A DNA stretch of 64,000 nucleotides, from contig CAWCKJ010000004.1 of the NCBI GenBank assembly GCA_963796105.1, positions 64,001-128,000 of the forward strand, given 5' to 3'. Both the position numbers and the translations under genes were made by a program. Of the stretch, positions 28,143 through 38,676 are shown piece after piece. Position 1 is the first letter of the stretch, and each line of letters opens with the position of its first letter. The notes below the pieces were generated by a model. The model did not search any database. It saw nothing but the letters and a program-made list of their open reading frames with translations, and was not told where the DNA came from. The stretch comes from a candidate division FCPU426 bacterium (lineage in GTDB: Bacteria > Oederibacteriota > Muellerivitia > Muellerivitales > Muellerivitaceae).

Positions 28143-30275
28143 ATGGCCCTATTACCTCCCCCAAAAATAACGAGAAGCCTATTCATCCAGCCCATTTCAT
28201 CCATTTTTCCATCCAGCCGGAATGTCCTCCTGCCGGCCGTCTTCCTGATCCTGGTTCTTTCGAACACCCTCCTTTCATATTTTCATTTAACCTTGAACCT
28301 GTTTCTATGGATCCTGCTGATGGGTATCCTCCTGCCGTTCTTTTTTCTTTTGTTTTTCCCAAAGTCGCGCTCCCCCGAGGAAACCGAAGTCCTCTCCCCA
28401 GTTCCACCCTGGGCCTGGGCCCTGGTGGCCCTCTTCGCCGTCTTCCTTCGCTTTTACCGCCTGACTTCTCTCTCCTCCTGGCCCCTCTACGACGAGGGTA
28501 TGTTCGGCTACTACGCCACCCGTCTGGAAACCCATTGGGATTGGCGGCTGGTGCGGGGCTTTGCCGGGGAGCCCGCTCTTTACGCCTGGGGCCAATCCCT
28601 ATTTTTCAAACTGATACCCGACCGTCTAGAAGCCTTATGGCTTTTTCCAGCCGTTTGCTCCCTTCTCTGCGTGGCAACGGCGGCCTGGACCGCGAAAAAA
28701 ACCAGCTCTTCCCCCCTGCTTTTCTTCGTCTTCACCTGGATTTCCCTGGGTTTTTGGCCCCTTTATATCGGGCGCTTTTCAGCCCCCTACATCCTGATGA
28801 TCCTTTTTGAATGCATTGTCCTTTCTCTTTTATACGCCTTCCTTTCCGGGAAACCCCCTCGGGCTAAATTCCTTCTTATTCTTTCAATCTGCGCTGGTCT
28901 TGGTTTTTACACTTATCTCGCCTGGACACCCGTGGCTCTTCTCACATTACTAGTGCTCCTGACCACGCCAGGCCAAAGTTGGTCCAAAAGGCTTCAACTC
29001 TCCCTCTTTTTTCTGGCAGTCACCCTTCTCATCGCCTTTCCCTTCTTTTTAAATTTCTCAAAAAATTACAAGGGTTACTTGAATTATCTCTGGGCTGGCG
29101 GAACGCCACGTTCTTGGGTCTACTACGCCTCCTTCGTTTTCCAATACCTGCGCGATGTTTTTTGGGGGAAACCCGGCGGCTTGTTCCGTTACGGGCCTCA
29201 CTGGGGGGGGATATTGAATCCCTTGGCGTCGTCCTTGTTCATCCTGGGCCTCTCCGGTATTCTCGCGACCCGGAAGAAGCTCATCAGCCTCTGGCTTTGC
29301 GCGGGGTTGGTTCTTTTCCTCCTTCCTTCGTTTCTCACGAATAGTCTCCAGTTGATGCGCATCGCCTCGCTTCTTCCCTTGATGGTTCTGGTTTGCGCTT
29401 ATGGAACCAGGTCCCTGCTCTCAATGGTTTCCAAGCACCTCCGATGGGGGATCTTCCTGCTGGTGACGGCCGGCTCTGTGGGCTTGGACTCCTATCATTT
29501 ATTCTCGGCTTATCCTAAGGTTTGGGAAACCAACCCCGCCTTCTACAGCCAGCATAAATGCCTTGAATTCCAAAAGGCCTTTTCGCTCTTAAAACCCTTG
29601 GTCACAAGGGAAGGACCTGGATTGATACTCTTGAACTTTATCCCTGATCCCTACGACCAAACCCTTTTCGTGGCGACCTATTCCTTCAACGCGGCTTCGA
29701 ACCCGGTCTTGGATGCTTCCCGGGCCAGATGGGCGGCCCTTCTGACCAACATCCACGAGGAGCCCTACCTCAGCCGGGAATTTCCCGGCGGAAAGTGGGT
29801 TTGGCTGTCGGAGGGATTGAAACACATGGATGGGGGTTTTCTTTTGGAAACCATTCCCTTGACACCCAAAAACACTTCCCGGATTCAGGCTTGGGCGAAA
29901 GCCGACCATTCCCTGGGGGAAATGACTTATGAAGTGATGGAAACAGGGGTAAATCCAGACCAGAACTCGATGTTGGACCTTCTGAACCGCATTTATCCTT
30001 TATTCCGAGGGGACCCTTTCTTGGAATCCCGTTACTGGCGGATCAGGGCGGTTCATGCCGCGGCGGGACAAAAAATCGGGGAGGCGGAGGAGGATGAGTT
30101 CAAGGCGATTCACCTGGGCCTTCCCATGTCTCATCTTTACAACGAATTGGGTTGCCTTTTTTTCAAGGACGGGAAAAAAGAAAAAGCCAGGAGAGCTTTT
30201 GAGGCTGCCATGAGTTTGAAGCCCAATTGCACGGACGCTGTGGAAAATCTAAAAAACTTGGCCTTGATAAAATGA
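28143..30275 (+). CDS. GT-C fold membrane glycosyltransferase (GT39/PMT_2-like) with C-terminal TPR
   Basis: 'RFYRLTSLSSWPLYDEG', 'GLGFYTY', 'WGGILNP', TPR tail. Paralog of 126..2315. Start uncertain. Confidence 0.75.
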   Translation: MALLPPPKITRSLFIQPISSIFPSSRNVLLPAVFLILVLSNTLLSYFHLTLNLFLWILLMGILLPFFFLLFFPKSRSPEETEVLSPVPPWAWALVALFAVFLRFYRLTSLSSWPLYDEGMFGYYATRLETHWDWRLVRGFAGEPALYAWGQSLFFKLIPDRLEALWLFPAVCSLLCVATAAWTAKKTSSSPLLFFVFTWISLGFWPLYIGRFSAPYILMILFECIVLSLLYAFLSGKPPRAKFLLILSICAGLGFYTYLAWTPVALLTLLVLLTTPGQSWSKRLQLSLFFLAVTLLIAFPFFLNFSKNYKGYLNYLWAGGTPRSWVYYASFVFQYLRDVFWGKPGGLFRYGPHWGGILNPLASSLFILGLSGILATRKKLISLWLCAGLVLFLLPSFLTNSLQLMRIASLLPLMVLVCAYGTRSLLSMVSKHLRWGIFLLVTAGSVGLDSYHLFSAYPKVWETNPAFYSQHKCLEFQKAFSLLKPLVTREGPGLILLNFIPDPYDQTLFVATYSFNAASNPVLDASRARWAALLTNIHEEPYLSREFPGGKWVWLSEGLKHMDGGFLLETIPLTPKNTSRIQAWAKADHSLGEMTYEVMETGVNPDQNSMLDLLNRIYPLFRGDPFLESRYWRIRAVHAAAGQKIGEAEEDEFKAIHLGLPMSHLYNELGCLFFKDGKKEKARRAFEAAMSLKPNCTDAVENLKNLALIK

Positions 30276-30314
30276 TGCCAGGAAATCCTAAGAAAGACTG
30301 CCCGGGAATTTAAT

Positions 30315-32522
30315 TCAGTTTCCCTCCACCGGCTGGGGCATTCCAGACGGGGAAGGTGCGGCAGGCTGGGGCTGGGCCGCTGGTTGAACTTTCGGGGCGG
30401 CGGGAGCCTGGGCCTTCGGCTGGGGCGCCGCTGGTTTAGCCTGGGAAACCGGCGTGGGAGTGGGAATCGGGCCGGTGGGCGGTGTTGTTGATAGCCGGCT
30501 TTCGGGCGCGTATTGATCCAGCCATTTCTTCATTCCGACATCCCCGTACTTGAAGGCTTTCCGATAGGCCGCAATGGCCTGTTCCTTGTTTTCCATAAGG
30601 AGGTAGCAGTCGCCTGCTAGGTGGTAGGCCTGGGCGTTTCTGGAATCAGCCCCGATGGCCAGCAGGAAACGATCCAGGGCATCCTTGTAGGATTTCTTCT
30701 CCAGGAAGGGTATTCCCTCATTGATCATGTCCTGCGCGTTGGCTTCCTTCATTCCGGTGACGATGAGTTCCACCCGGCGGTTCATAGCCCTTCCCTCGGG
30801 AGTATTGTTGGTGGCCACGGGTTTCGTGTCGCCGTAACCCACGACGCTCAGGCGTTTCGCGTCAACCCCATGTTGGACGAGGTAATCCCTCACAGCCTGG
30901 GCCCTGGCCTGTGAAAGGACCTGGTTATTGGCGAAACGGGCTCCCTGGGCCATAGCCACGTTGTCCGTGTGGCCCGCCACGAGGATTGTGCTCTCGGGGT
31001 ACTTTGTTTGGATAGCCCGAACTACATCCTGGATTTTCTCGTAACCGCGGGACATAAGCTCGTCTTTTCCGGAATCAAAAAGCAGGTCGCCGGAAACTTG
31101 GAAGCCGTATTGATATGGCACCTTTTTGGCGACCCAACGGGCCATTACGTTTTTGGGAGCTGAGGAGGCCTTATTTCCCTCATCATCAATGATGTCCAGC
31201 TTGACGGAATATTGGCCCCTAGGAACAAGTTCGCCTTCTTGGTCCATTCCGTCCCAAAGATTATGGGAAGGAGGGTAGCCGCTGCCGTTGTAAGTCCGAA
31301 CGACAATGCCGTTGGAATCCAGGATGGACATTTTCCACTTATCCAAGGGCTCCTCGCTTCGGGTCATCAGGTGGATGTCGGCCGCCTGTTTCCCGAGAAT
31401 AAATGCATCCGGCGGCTCCAAAGCGGCTTTGATCACGACAGGCTCCACCCCGATGATGAAATTAAGCGAGATCCGGTGGGTCGATCCCAGCACTCCGTAG
31501 GGTACGAAGGCGTAATCCAGCGCCGCCTCGACGTCGTCGAAACGCTGGGCGATTCCCACTCCGCTCGTCAGACCCGCCAAGGCACCCAGATCGCTGCCGG
31601 TGCGGTAACCCGCCCTCAGGGCCAGGTCATTCTTTCCAAAGGTCATTTTGTACTCCGCCCCACCGTTCAATTTCATCCCCGTATCAACGTATCCGTCGGT
31701 ATCGGCCGCCAAAATCAACCGCGTATTTTTCATGAGAAGGTTCTTGAAGCGGTAAGAGGCGCCGAGCACGTAATTCAAGGGTTGCGCGAAGTTTTGGGTC
31801 AGGGTGACCGGAGCGCTGGTAATGGTGGCGGGAAAGGTAGTCCCGATATTGGAGAAAGCCGCGCCGACATAGAATGTCTTCTTTATGACCTCAAATAGGC
31901 AGCCAGCGTCCAGGGCCGCGCCCATGCTTCCTTGGTTCACGAGATTCTGGCCCACCACGTCGACCTTGACGCCTAGCATGAGGCGCTGGAGGACCCCCCC
32001 GCTATTGGAGAACCAATTCCCTAACCGCTGGGAATAAGCGAAACTCCCCTCATATTCCGAGGCGCTGATTTGGTCTCCCACTCCCCCGTAATCCCCCGTG
32101 GCTGTTTCCAGGGAGCCCGCGAATGAACCAGTCCCCAAGTAATTAATGGAACCGCCGAAAGCCCCGTCCCTATCCATATTCTGGCTGAAAGCAAAATACT
32201 CGCTGTCCACCCCCTGCATCCATTCGCCGTGGGTTAAGTTGAACTCCGTCCCCCGGGCCAGCATCAAACCAGCCGGATTCCAGTACATTGCAGTAGGGTC
32301 GTCAGCCACGGCCGTAAAGGCCTCACCCATACCCACCGCACGAGCGCCCATTCCGATTTTCTCTCCGTTCAAGCTGGTACTTCCGGGTCCAGTGGTCTGG
32401 GCGGAAAGGAAGGTTGGAATCAGGCTGAGGAAAAGCATTGGAACAATTGAAGCGGCGAATAATTTTAGTTTAGAAGAAGGTATTGCTTTTTTCATACTAT
32501 ATCCCGTTAATGTTGAATTCAT
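30315..32522 (-). CDS. PorV/PorQ-family outer-membrane barrel fused to FlgD-like Ig, OmpA peptidoglycan-binding domain, TPR and Pro/Ala/Gln tail
   Basis: '[28 protein letters not shown]'...'[20 protein letters not shown]' (PorV/UPF0164). '[16 protein letters not shown]' (FlgD). 'AGHTDN...LSQARAQAV...GYGDTKP...NRRVE' (OmpA). Confidence 0.88.
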   Translation of the reverse strand: MNSTLTGYSMKKAIPSSKLKLFAASIVPMLFLSLIPTFLSAQTTGPGSTSLNGEKIGMGARAVGMGEAFTAVADDPTAMYWNPAGLMLARGTEFNLTHGEWMQGVDSEYFAFSQNMDRDGAFGGSINYLGTGSFAGSLETATGDYGGVGDQISASEYEGSFAYSQRLGNWFSNSGGVLQRLMLGVKVDVVGQNLVNQGSMGAALDAGCLFEVIKKTFYVGAAFSNIGTTFPATITSAPVTLTQNFAQPLNYVLGASYRFKNLLMKNTRLILAADTDGYVDTGMKLNGGAEYKMTFGKNDLALRAGYRTGSDLGALAGLTSGVGIAQRFDDVEAALDYAFVPYGVLGSTHRISLNFIIGVEPVVIKAALEPPDAFILGKQAADIHLMTRSEEPLDKWKMSILDSNGIVVRTYNGSGYPPSHNLWDGMDQEGELVPRGQYSVKLDIIDDEGNKASSAPKNVMARWVAKKVPYQYGFQVSGDLLFDSGKDELMSRGYEKIQDVVRAIQTKYPESTILVAGHTDNVAMAQGARFANNQVLSQARAQAVRDYLVQHGVDAKRLSVVGYGDTKPVATNNTPEGRAMNRRVELIVTGMKEANAQDMINEGIPFLEKKSYKDALDRFLLAIGADSRNAQAYHLAGDCYLLMENKEQAIAAYRKAFKYGDVGMKKWLDQYAPESRLSTTPPTGPIPTPTPVSQAKPAAPQPKAQAPAAPKVQPAAQPQPAAPSPSGMPQPVEGN

Positions 32523-35029
32523 TGCATGACCACCAATAACTTTCCTTTTAATAGAACTTGGTCGCCTTTTTTAACGAGGTAATAGTATATTCCGCCTGAA
32601 ATCATATTTCCAAAATTATTGCGTCCATCCCATTGGATTAAACCGTTCACTTCCTTCTCGGTATTTACCCATTCCCCTGAAACCGTATAGATTTCCATGG
32701 TAGATCCAGCAGGACAAAGGTAGGCCTTTAAAACCCCGTTCACGGCGTAATTGGGGTTGAAGGGATTTGGCCAGACATGCAGGCCGATAGGGGTAGGCGT
32801 CGGGGTGATCGTGTTGATGGGCGTGACTGTTGGGGAAGGCGTATCCGTTATGGTGGGCGTGAGGGTTTCTGTCAAGGTGGGGGTCAGGGTTGGACTCGGG
32901 GTGGGGGTCGGACTAGGGGTCGGGGTTGAGCTGAAAGTATTAGTTGGAGTCTCTGAAGGTGTCCCCGTAGGGGTAATAGTCGGGGAGTTTGTCGGTGTGG
33001 CAGTAAAACAACTGCCCGTAACGGTTAAGTTAACCGCATTGGATACTGTAACAGGTATGTTATTGGCGCTCATGTTAAATTGGTTGGTAACGGACCCAGG
33101 GCAGGAAACCTGACCCCACCAGGTCAGGGATTGATCCTGGGAGATGAAGGTACCTGGGTTTGACCAGCTTAAAAGAGAGGTCGCAGCGTTAAAAGCAGTC
33201 ACGGTGCCGGAGGATACTCCCCCGAAACCTCCGAAAGAAACGTCAGGGGGAACAGTATCCGTGATGTTGTAATTCACGATGGGTCCAGGCCCAATCACCA
33301 TCAGGTTGGAGTACCAATTCGTGCCAGCGGTGGCATCCCCCTGCCAACCCTGTTGCCAGACACCCGCACAGGCAAATGGTGACGTATCGATATATTGGTA
33401 AGCGTAGGAAGAAGGTTGGGGAGTACCCCGGAGCCAGATCCAAACGCTGAATATTAGGCTACTGCCAGAAGGTTGCACTAAAACTTGGACCGTGTACCAC
33501 TGGCCCGCAACGGCCGTTACAGGCGGGGCATTAGTTCCGTATTGGTTGACATTAGATCCATTGTTTTTTTGGATGTAAAGGTAATCAGGAGAAGAATCGA
33601 GTGATAATCCCACCATATAAGCTTGAGTGACTCCTCCATTGATAGAATAAGCCAAAACCATATCCGCATCCCCGGGTGGACTTGTACCCTGAGCACCTGC
33701 GGCTGTCACAGGAATCTGTATATCGCCTTGCACAACGAAGGGTGCGCATAAATTCAAACCTGGACTGTTTCTCAAAAGGAGAGGGTAAGCTCCGCCAGAA
33801 TTAGCTTGCGGCACCGTTACCGAAAGGAATTGGTTGCTCACCGAGTCCGAATTGACATTCCAGGTTCCGGCGTAACCATTGATGGGTATGTCTGTGTAAT
33901 TAGTCAAATCAAAACCCCAGGCAACCTGTCCCGCCACGGAAATCGTCGAATTGATGGGAACATTGTCATAAGAATCGTACCATTGCAAATTTTGGCCATT
34001 GGCGGTCCAATTCAGCGTGTAGGTGACGTTATTGTTGGCCGCGATGGAATTTGAGGATTCACTCTTGGCCAAGGTGAGTTGGGGAATATGGACCGTCACG
34101 GTCACCGGGCCTGTAAGGCTCGTCCCCAGCGACGTGCTGCCAGTGGCCGTGTTAACCAAAGTGCTTCCCTCTACCGCGGAGGAATTGACCCTGCCCAGCA
34201 CCCAGGCGGCACCTGTCTGGGGGGCGCCAATGGTTCCATAATTCCAAGACACGCTATTTGTTCCGGAATAGTAAGCTCCCGGCAGGCTCGCGGCGACAAA
34301 AGTCATGTTGGGAGGAAGAACATCGTTTATCGCGCAACTGGTGGAATTCACGAAATTATAATCGATATCAAAGAGAATCAGGCTGTCGGGAGCCGCCGTG
34401 CTGACCGCCGCGCTCTTGGAGACGTTGAAGTTGGGGGAAGGAAGTGGGATGTTAAGCGTGGTGCTGATTTGTTGACCAATATTGTTGTTGCATTGCACCC
34501 AATAATCCCCCGCTGCTACGATTAAATTTGTAGATCCAGGTCCGGTATTGGCAGGAATAGTTACATTGAAAACTTGAGTATAAGGGCAAGCGGGAGGTGT
34601 ATTCGGAACATTGGTTCCCCCAAATCCGTTGGCTCCGCAATTAGCAGGCGGTCCAGGATCACAGGCATCCGCGCGGTTAGAGGTCGTCGGATTGCCAGCG
34701 GGAGTATTTGAATCCACCAATAATACTTGATTGTTTGTTGGGCAGGATTGCATCGTTGTGGAATTGGGATTTAGGGCCACCAGGAAAAAGGGTGTTTGGT
34801 TCGCCGTATCGCAATAGACCACCGTAACACCAATAACCGAACCAGGTGAAGGGTTTAAATTGGAAACATAGACATTATCAAAGGTAACCTGAGAAGCCCC
34901 CGCTAAGAAAGGAGCTCCAAGGCTTCCTGTGATCAAAAAAATTAAAAACACTAGCCAGCGGTTTTTCATAAGCTTCAGACTTTTAAGTTTATTAAAAATT
35001 TTAACCATTGAAATAAACCACCCGGACAA
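32519..35029 (-). CDS. Secreted surface protein with DUF11-like Ig domains, Thr/Pro stalk and T9SS-CTD/FlgD-like C-terminus
   Basis: Signal peptide (start may be ATG 35008 or 34969). 'FNVSKS...[12 protein letters not shown]', 'LTLAKS...ITDTVPP'. TP repeat. 'WPNPFNP...IYTVSGE...WDGRN...GIYYY...KLLVV'. Confidence 0.82.
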   Translation of the reverse strand: MSGWFISMVKIFNKLKSLKLMKNRWLVFLIFLITGSLGAPFLAGASQVTFDNVYVSNLNPSPGSVIGVTVVYCDTANQTPFFLVALNPNSTTMQSCPTNNQVLLVDSNTPAGNPTTSNRADACDPGPPANCGANGFGGTNVPNTPPACPYTQVFNVTIPANTGPGSTNLIVAAGDYWVQCNNNIGQQISTTLNIPLPSPNFNVSKSAAVSTAAPDSLILFDIDYNFVNSTSCAINDVLPPNMTFVAASLPGAYYSGTNSVSWNYGTIGAPQTGAAWVLGRVNSSAVEGSTLVNTATGSTSLGTSLTGPVTVTVHIPQLTLAKSESSNSIAANNNVTYTLNWTANGQNLQWYDSYDNVPINSTISVAGQVAWGFDLTNYTDIPINGYAGTWNVNSDSVSNQFLSVTVPQANSGGAYPLLLRNSPGLNLCAPFVVQGDIQIPVTAAGAQGTSPPGDADMVLAYSINGGVTQAYMVGLSLDSSPDYLYIQKNNGSNVNQYGTNAPPVTAVAGQWYTVQVLVQPSGSSLIFSVWIWLRGTPQPSSYAYQYIDTSPFACAGVWQQGWQGDATAGTNWYSNLMVIGPGPIVNYNITDTVPPDVSFGGFGGVSSGTVTAFNAATSLLSWSNPGTFISQDQSLTWWGQVSCPGSVTNQFNMSANNIPVTVSNAVNLTVTGSCFTATPTNSPTITPTGTPSETPTNTFSSTPTPSPTPTPSPTLTPTLTETLTPTITDTPSPTVTPINTITPTPTPIGLHVWPNPFNPNYAVNGVLKAYLCPAGSTMEIYTVSGEWVNTEKEVNGLIQWDGRNNFGNMISGGIYYYLVKKGDQVLLKGKLLVVMQ

Positions 35030-35176
35030 TGAAACGATTGGCCTAAAGGTTTAACATTGTTTTCTGTTTTTATTTGTTTTTTCGGATTATTTTAACCAAA
35101 GTTTGATCATTAGGGGTGAATTTAAAGGATTTTTCGGTTTTATAATTCATTCATAATCAATTCCATCCCATTTTTG

Positions 35177-36865
35177 TTAAGGATTATTTACCAGAAGGAA
35201 CTTCCCACGCTGCAAAACCTGATTTCCCTTCTGAACCGTAAAAAAATAAATGCCCATCGCGGCTTGGGTTCCGAACCGGTTTCTCCCGTCCCATGTAGCT
35301 GTTCCCTGGATTTCTGCCACGGTTTGCACCCATTCCCCTGACACTGTGTATATCCACACCATGGAGCCTTGCGGAAGATATGAAAACTTCAAAACACCTC
35401 CAACGGCGAAATTTGGATTGAAGGGATCGGGCCAGTGGCGAATGGGTGGTGTGGGCGTCGGGGTAATCGTAGGAGTGGATGTGGGCGTGGGAGTCGGGGT
35501 TACTGTGGGCGTGGGAGTGGCGGTAGGAGTAGATGTGGGAGTATCCGTGATAAATAGGACACCTGCCGGATAACCGTAAGCGTCTCTAGTGTCAGATCCA
35601 TATTCAACTAAGCCGAATGGAACAGATCCATTCAGATGATGGTTTCCAGCCGTCACGGTAACCACCGCCCCAGAGTACCCGCTGGAGCCGATAGGGCTGA
35701 AGGCCGCCGCAGGTATGGAAGCCCCATCTAGGACAATTCCTCCGGCCCCTGAGGCGGACACCGTGATGTTCTCGTAATTATAGGTGAACCCCGTAGCAGG
35801 CATGGCGGCCAGGTAGTCCGAGGCGTATTCATTGACAGGTGGAATGGTAATCATGGAAGGATCCCCGACAGCCGCGTTATCCCACAAATGGCCATTGGAA
35901 TACTGCATAACATAGATGGGATAGTTGGAGGATATGGAAGAAGGCGCGGATAGGATTTGTTCCAAGAATTTTCCCCGGTTTAAATTAACGGCTTGGGCTC
36001 CACTCACACTCACATTTGTTCCGTCCTGAGAGGCCAGGACCCGGAATGTATCTCCCGCCCTTCCCGTGATGGGCATGGTGATGAAATTGGTTCCCCACCA
36101 TTGGAGGGGCCATAACTGCTCCACGATGAAATTACAGGTGTAAACCGTGGCCGGGATGTCGGCGCAGGAATTGCTTCCCCACACCGCGACCGGCTGGTTG
36201 GAGTCGATCAGTGTCCCTGTCAAATCGCCTCCCTGATCGCCGTCCTGAAGCTGGTACAGATCCCCCGAATTGAGGGCGACAATGTAAGGGGCTCCTGCGG
36301 TCCTCGTGCTGACCGTCAAAGCGGGGGTAATGGTGACCGATGTGCCATTCTGGATCCCGGCCACAGCGAAACCTGTCGAGACACCCGTGATGGTCTGTGA
36401 GTTGGTATAAGCCAAGGAAATGTAATGGTTTCCCAGCGCGTTAACCGGCAGGCCCAGGTAGCCGTCAGTACTGTGGGGTTCATAGCTGATCCCGTAAACC
36501 GCGACCGGGTTTTGGGAAATCAGATGAATCCCAAGCTGCGTAACTGAGTCGGACACGCCTATTTCAGCCGCGAGGGGAATGGAAAGCACGGTGCTGGAAC
36601 CGGAGGAAACGGTGAAAGAGGTTGAATAGCCAATTCCCGGGATTTGCACCTGTCCGCTGTTGTTGGTTTCGCTGGTAACAAGAAGGCTGTCGAAACGGCC
36701 TGTGTCGGTGTCCAAATGATCCGCCTGGGGAAAGGCCAGCCAGAATTCCGTTCCCAGATTACTGACGGAAGCCAGGGAAGATCTCACGGGCATGATTAAA
36801 ATGAAACAAAATAGAATTGCATAGGGATGGATTTTCAAGGATTTTCGCCCATTCGGATTCCGCAT
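35177..36865 (-). CDS. Secreted IgGFc-binding-domain protein with Thr/Pro stalk and T9SS-CTD/FlgD-like C-terminus
   Basis: 'GTEFWLAF', 'TDGYLGLPVNALG', 'DLTGTLIDSNQPVAVWG', 'EQLWP...WG', 'GDPSM', 'AYGYPAG'. CTD 'WPDPFNP...WDGRN...GIYFF'. Confidence 0.85.
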   Translation of the reverse strand: MRNPNGRKSLKIHPYAILFCFILIMPVRSSLASVSNLGTEFWLAFPQADHLDTDTGRFDSLLVTSETNNSGQVQIPGIGYSTSFTVSSGSSTVLSIPLAAEIGVSDSVTQLGIHLISQNPVAVYGISYEPHSTDGYLGLPVNALGNHYISLAYTNSQTITGVSTGFAVAGIQNGTSVTITPALTVSTRTAGAPYIVALNSGDLYQLQDGDQGGDLTGTLIDSNQPVAVWGSNSCADIPATVYTCNFIVEQLWPLQWWGTNFITMPITGRAGDTFRVLASQDGTNVSVSGAQAVNLNRGKFLEQILSAPSSISSNYPIYVMQYSNGHLWDNAAVGDPSMITIPPVNEYASDYLAAMPATGFTYNYENITVSASGAGGIVLDGASIPAAAFSPIGSSGYSGAVVTVTAGNHHLNGSVPFGLVEYGSDTRDAYGYPAGVLFITDTPTSTPTATPTPTVTPTPTPTSTPTITPTPTPPIRHWPDPFNPNFAVGGVLKFSYLPQGSMVWIYTVSGEWVQTVAEIQGTATWDGRNRFGTQAAMGIYFFTVQKGNQVLQRGKFLLVNNP

Positions 36866-36923
36866 GGCAAAATGATACCAAATTAACCCCTAAAACCTAA
36901 AATCCGGACTCAAACTAAAAAGT

Positions 36924-36959
36924 AAAAAAAAAGCCCCCCGTAGGATCTACGGGGGGCTT
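36924..36959 (-). terminator. Rho-independent terminator of glnA
   Basis: AAGCCCCCCGTAG-gat-CTACGGGGGGCTT stem followed on the - strand by a long U tract, 15 nt after the glnA stop. Confidence 0.92.
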
Positions 36960-36974
36960 GGTCGTCACCCGATA

Positions 36975-38390
36975 TTAGATATCGTGGTAAAGCACGAACT
37001 CGTAAGGATGAGGGCGTAAGCGGATCGGATCGATTTCCTTGGTCTTCTTGAAATTGATCCATTCCTCGATCAGGTCCTCGGTGAAGACCCCGCCTTTCAA
37101 CAGGTACTCGTGGTCTTCCTCCAGCGCCTCCAGCGCCTCCGGTAGTGAGCCCGGGACGTTCTTGACCTTCTTCAACTCGCGCGGCTCCAGGTCGTACAGA
37201 TTGACGTCCATCGGTTTGCCCGGATCGATCTTGTTCTGGATTCCATCCAAACCCGCCAGCAGCATGGCCGGGAAGGCCAGGTACGGGTTGCAGGACGGGT
37301 CCGGTGGGCGGAACTCGACACGCTTGGCTTTCGGGCTCTTGGAGTAAAGCGGGATACGGCAGGCGGCCGAGCGGTTTCTCTGGCTGTAAACCAGGTTGAC
37401 CGGCGCCTCGAAACCCGGGGTCAAACGCTTGTAGCTGTTGACTGTCGGGCAGATGAAAGCGCAAAGCGAGGCGGCGTGCTTCAGAAGGCCGCCGATGTAG
37501 TAAAGACCGGCCTGTGAGAAACCGGCGTAACCTTTCTCGTCGTACATGACATTGGTGCTTCCCTTCCAGATGGACTGATGGACGTGCATGCCCGAGCCGT
37601 TGTCCCCGAAGAGGGGCTTCGGCATGAAGGTAGCCACCATGTTATGGCGACGCGCCACGTTTTTGATCACGTACTTGTACTTCAGGAGCTTGTCGGCCAT
37701 GCTCACCATACTGTCGAACACGATGTCGATCTCGGCTTGTCCGGCCGTGGCCACCTCATGGTGGTGCTTCTCGATCGGCACACCGATCTCCTGCATAAGG
37801 GTGGTCATCTCGGAACGGATGTCCTGCTGGCTGTCATTGGGCGGAACCGGGAAGTACCCTTCCTTATTGCGGATCTTGTAAGCCAGGTTGGGATACTCGT
37901 CGCGGCCCATGTTCCACAGACCCTCCGTGGAATCCACGGAATAATAACCCGCGTTCATGGTCTGGTCGAACTTCATGTCGTTGAACACGAAGAACTCAGC
38001 TTCAGGTCCCCAATAGGAGATATCGGCAATACCTGTTGTCTGTAAGTACTTTTCTGCTTTTTGTGTGACATAACGCGGGTCACGGGAATAAGACTGCCGA
38101 GTGACGGGGTCCACCACGTTACAGATCAAGACGAGGGTGGTAGCCTCAAAGAATGGATCGATGAAGGCCGTGTTAGGGTCCGGTATCAGGAGCATGTCGG
38201 ACTCGTGGATGGCCTGGTATCCGCGAATGGAGGAGCCGTCAAAACCGCTACCGTCCTTGAATACATCCTCATCGAAAAACTTCACGGGCTGGGTCCAATG
38301 CTGCCAGACGCCGGGAAGGTCGATGAAACGTAAATCTACGTATTTCACGTCCTTCTGCTTGATTAAATCCATTACTTCCTTCGGGGTCAT
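36975..38390 (-). CDS. glnA: Glutamine synthetase type I (GSI-beta)
   Basis: 'FDGSSIRGYQAIHESDM', 'HHHEVATAGQAEI', 'ATFMPKPLFGDNGSGMHVH', 'NRSA', adenylylation loop 'NLYDL'. GAGGAGG RBS. Confidence 0.98.
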   Translation of the reverse strand: MTPKEVMDLIKQKDVKYVDLRFIDLPGVWQHWTQPVKFFDEDVFKDGSGFDGSSIRGYQAIHESDMLLIPDPNTAFIDPFFEATTLVLICNVVDPVTRQSYSRDPRYVTQKAEKYLQTTGIADISYWGPEAEFFVFNDMKFDQTMNAGYYSVDSTEGLWNMGRDEYPNLAYKIRNKEGYFPVPPNDSQQDIRSEMTTLMQEIGVPIEKHHHEVATAGQAEIDIVFDSMVSMADKLLKYKYVIKNVARRHNMVATFMPKPLFGDNGSGMHVHQSIWKGSTNVMYDEKGYAGFSQAGLYYIGGLLKHAASLCAFICPTVNSYKRLTPGFEAPVNLVYSQRNRSAACRIPLYSKSPKAKRVEFRPPDPSCNPYLAFPAMLLAGLDGIQNKIDPGKPMDVNLYDLEPRELKKVKNVPGSLPEALEALEEDHEYLLKGGVFTEDLIEEWINFKKTKEIDPIRLRPHPYEFVLYHDI

Positions 38391-38543
38391 CTTTATTCCT
38401 CCTCAATTTAAGATAAAACTTGTTAAAATTTTCCGCTTTACCGGTTTGGGCCCAAAACATCTTGAATAGGTCCAAGGGGGTTAAAAACCGAAACAGTATA
38501 TCGCCCGGAAAGCCGCCAACAACAAGAAAGCGACACATTTTTA

Positions 38544-38559
38544 AGCAAAAGTCTTGCCA
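38544..38559 (-). promoter_or_regulatory. Sigma54 (-24/-12) promoter of glnA
   Basis: TGGCAAGACTTTTGCT on the - strand: GG-N10-GC, close to the TGGCACG-N4-TTGCW consensus, about 155 nt upstream of glnA. Confidence 0.88.
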
Positions 38560-38627
38560 GCGAGTGGCGAAAACAATTTTGTTGTTTTTATTATTTCATT
38601 TTCGCATGCTTCTGTATTAAGTGACCC

Positions 38628-38655
38628 TTGAAATAAAGGAATACATAGGTATACT
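38628..38655 (+). promoter_or_regulatory. Sigma70-type transposase promoter overlapped by an ATAC-N4-GTAT dyad
   Basis: TTGAAA-N16-TATACT. The same hexamers and spacing occur at 55337-55364. Confidence 0.7.
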
Positions 38656-38676
38656 GTCCGCTACGGGAGGTGGTAC

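Noticed and set aside
27980..28810. 276-aa + strand ORF, and other long shadow ORFs (16294..17352, 53533..54693, 56313..57065)
   Set aside because: They overlap well-supported genes in another frame or strand and have no recognisable motifs.
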